Assembly (NCBI GenBank): GCA_035507635.1
Contig: DATJOA010000057.1
Span: forward strand, 40,372 to 104,371
DNA: 64,000 nt
Origin: Candidatus Acidiferrales bacterium
GTDB lineage: Bacteria > Acidobacteriota > Terriglobia > Terriglobales > Acidobacteriaceae
Reading direction: 5' to 3'
Made by a program: the position numbers and the translations under genes. Each line of letters starts with the position of its first letter. Within the stretch, counting starts at the first letter, position 1. This document shows positions 62,573-64,000 of the stretch, piece by piece. The notes beneath the pieces were generated by a model that saw only the letters and a list, made by a program, of their open reading frames with translations, was not told the origin of the DNA and did not search any database.

Positions 62573-63853
62573 ATGATCTCTCCCGAGCTCGCTCACATCC
62601 TGATCCCGGCGATCATCGCCATCAGCATTGCACTGATGCTGATTCGTCCGCGGAGCATCGCCGAAGCATACTGGATCGGCGGCGGAGTCGCGCTTCTCCT
62701 CGGTCTGCGTCTGGTCACGCCGCGGCTTGCCCTGCGCGGCGCGGCAGAATCGCTCGACGTCGTTTTATTTCTGATCGGCATGATGCTGATTTCCGAGCTG
62801 GCCAGCGAACAGGGAGTCTTCGACTGGCTCTCGGGCATAGCTGTCCACAAAGCCAACGGTTCCTGCTCGCGGCTGTTCGCCCTCGTCTACGCGGTAGGAA
62901 CGGTAGTCACAATCTTCCTTTCCAACGATGCCACGGCCGTCGTGCTGACCCCGGCTATCCTGGCCGCCATCCGTAAAGCGAAGGTGCAGCCCCTGCCTTA
63001 TCTTTTCGCCTGCGCCTTCATCGCCAACGCCGCGTCCTTCCTTTTGCCGATTTCAAATCCCGCAAATCTGGTCGTGTTCCACAACGCGATGCCGCCCCTC
63101 GGACGCTGGCTGCTCGCCTTCGGAGTTCCCTGCCTTCTCTCGATCGCGATGACGTTCTGGATCCTGCGCTGGATATTCCGCAGAGAGCTCGCCCACCCGA
63201 TCGATCACACGGTCCAATCGAAGTCACTCACTTCCAACGGCAAGCTGGTTCTTGCCGGAATCTCCGCCATGATCGCGGTCCTGCTCGCGGCCTCCTCGCT
63301 CGGAAAGGATCTCGGCCTACCCACTTGTCTCGCGGCACTTGCTGTAACGCTCTTCGTTTGCCTCAAGGAACGCGCCAATCCTCTGCCGCTCGCCCGTGGA
63401 ATCAGCTGGGAAACGTTAGCTCTGGTTGCCGGACTCTTCATCATGGTCGACGCCATGGAGAGCATTGGCGCAATGCGCCACACTGAAGCCTGGCTTGCCT
63501 GGGCGCAGCATCTCGCCCCTGCAACCGGCGAGCTCGTCACCGGATTCGCCGTCGGCACCGCCAACAACCTCGTTAACAATCTTCCTCTCGGACTGATCGT
63601 GGGCAGTACCGTCCATGTAGCCCATGCGACTGGACCGATTACCCAGGCCGTCCTGATCGGCGTTGACCTAGGACCGAACCTGTCGATCACTGGATCTCTG
63701 GCGACCATTCTCTGGCTCATCGCCCTGCGAAAGGAAAAGCTCGAAGTCAGCTTCTGGGATTTTTTCAAGATCGGGTTCGTGGCCATGCCAGCCGCCATGC
63801 TCGTTTCTCTTGGCGGAGCAATTCTGATGCATGTTCTTTTCGGCGTCTCTTAG
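62573..63853 (+). CDS. ArsB/NhaD-superfamily anion permease
   Basis: About 10-12 TM helices. LSNDATAVVLTP and NLPLGLIVG resemble ArsB / citrate-transporter-like permeases. Confidence 0.75.
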   Translation: MISPELAHILIPAIIAISIALMLIRPRSIAEAYWIGGGVALLLGLRLVTPRLALRGAAESLDVVLFLIGMMLISELASEQGVFDWLSGIAVHKANGSCSRLFALVYAVGTVVTIFLSNDATAVVLTPAILAAIRKAKVQPLPYLFACAFIANAASFLLPISNPANLVVFHNAMPPLGRWLLAFGVPCLLSIAMTFWILRWIFRRELAHPIDHTVQSKSLTSNGKLVLAGISAMIAVLLAASSLGKDLGLPTCLAALAVTLFVCLKERANPLPLARGISWETLALVAGLFIMVDAMESIGAMRHTEAWLAWAQHLAPATGELVTGFAVGTANNLVNNLPLGLIVGSTVHVAHATGPITQAVLIGVDLGPNLSITGSLATILWLIALRKEKLEVSFWDFFKIGFVAMPAAMLVSLGGAILMHVLFGVS

Positions 63854-63968
63854 GCCCCGAGCAAGATCGAGGCGACCAAATCGCTATCTATGAGGGATGG
63901 CGCCTGATGCATATACAATGGCGCGTTTTGCATAGCGCGGTATCCCGTTAACATCTAAAGTACATCCC

Positions 63969-64000
63969 ATGACGAACGTGAAAGCATACTCCGCTGCCAG
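63969..64000 (+). CDS. 5' fragment of a CDS (possibly a Zn-dependent alcohol dehydrogenase)
   Basis: Only MTNVKAYSAA is visible. It resembles the N-termini of YahK/CAD-type dehydrogenases. Very little sequence to judge from. Confidence 0.25.
   Translation, partial: MTNVKAYSAA

Noticed and set aside
1-64000. tRNA, rRNA, tmRNA, RNase P and SRP genes; transposases and integrases; prophage or defence-system genes.
   Set aside because: No T-loop GGTTCGAATCC-type signatures or other hallmark sequences occur in the few intergenic regions. No ORF carries recombinase, nuclease or helicase motifs. Nothing supports a mobile element or a known defence system in this window.

Overview
The window is a 64-kb, gene-dense chromosomal segment, by eye about 58-60% G+C. 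Gene content suggests an Acidobacteriota-like soil bacterium; that is inference, not a database hit. I call about 49 CDS. I saw no rRNA, tRNA, CRISPR array, transposase or integrase.

Gene content, left to right:
- A TlpA-like thioredoxin (5'-truncated), a secreted GH5-like hydrolase, and a pair of small ORFs, one carrying a SEC-C motif.
- A Tat-exported Gfo/Idh/MocA oxidoreductase.
- An 838-aa secreted protein with six tandem ~82-aa repeats and an esterase-like C-terminus.
- A 0.7-kb non-coding gap.
- A PAS-GGDEF(degenerate)-EAL protein.
- A beta-lactamase-like gene and galT.
- mutS, then nagZ-anmK plus a family-5 solute-binding lipoprotein (probably peptidoglycan recycling), then ymdB.
- An orphan TPR-secretin, a DsbA-like gene, nadE and a GH3 beta-glucosidase.
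- A roughly 15-kb phosphate/polyphosphate supercluster: beta-propeller phosphoesterase, phoU-pstBAC, CHAD-ppx, sixA-ppk1, porin-pstS.
- An orphan low-G+C ORF and a GH15 glucoamylase.
- An FHA-GAF-PP2C phosphatase plus two GT-C/GT87-like membrane glycosyltransferases, transcribed divergently from a Tad/Flp pilus operon. That operon runs flp-cpaB-cpaC-tadZ-tadA-tadB-tadC-DUF192 and ends in an 844-aa TonB_C protein.
- A CstB-like MBL-rhodanese gene, a PilZ gene, a YqaA-like gene, DUF4396 and an ArsB/NhaD-type permease.

Most interesting observations:
1. The Tad operon lacks a prepilin peptidase and pseudopilins. It ends instead in DUF192 and a membrane-anchored TonB_C protein with about 14 phased 'VVPPPPS' modules. 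It also sits back-to-back with GT-C glycosyltransferases and an FHA/PP2C regulator.
2. Phased 11-bp Pho-box-like repeat arrays lie upstream of pstS and pstC. The pstC site is placed so that it implies a leaderless transcript or a shared divergent operator.
3. An AT-rich palindrome built from 12 'NNGTAATT' octamers lies between convergent genes.
4. A short GC-rich REP-like repeat family is confined to intergenic DNA.
5. G7AG6 and T9 homopolymer tracts lie upstream of the c-di-GMP gene.

All functional calls rest on motifs I can read in the translations and on gene context. No similarity search was run.
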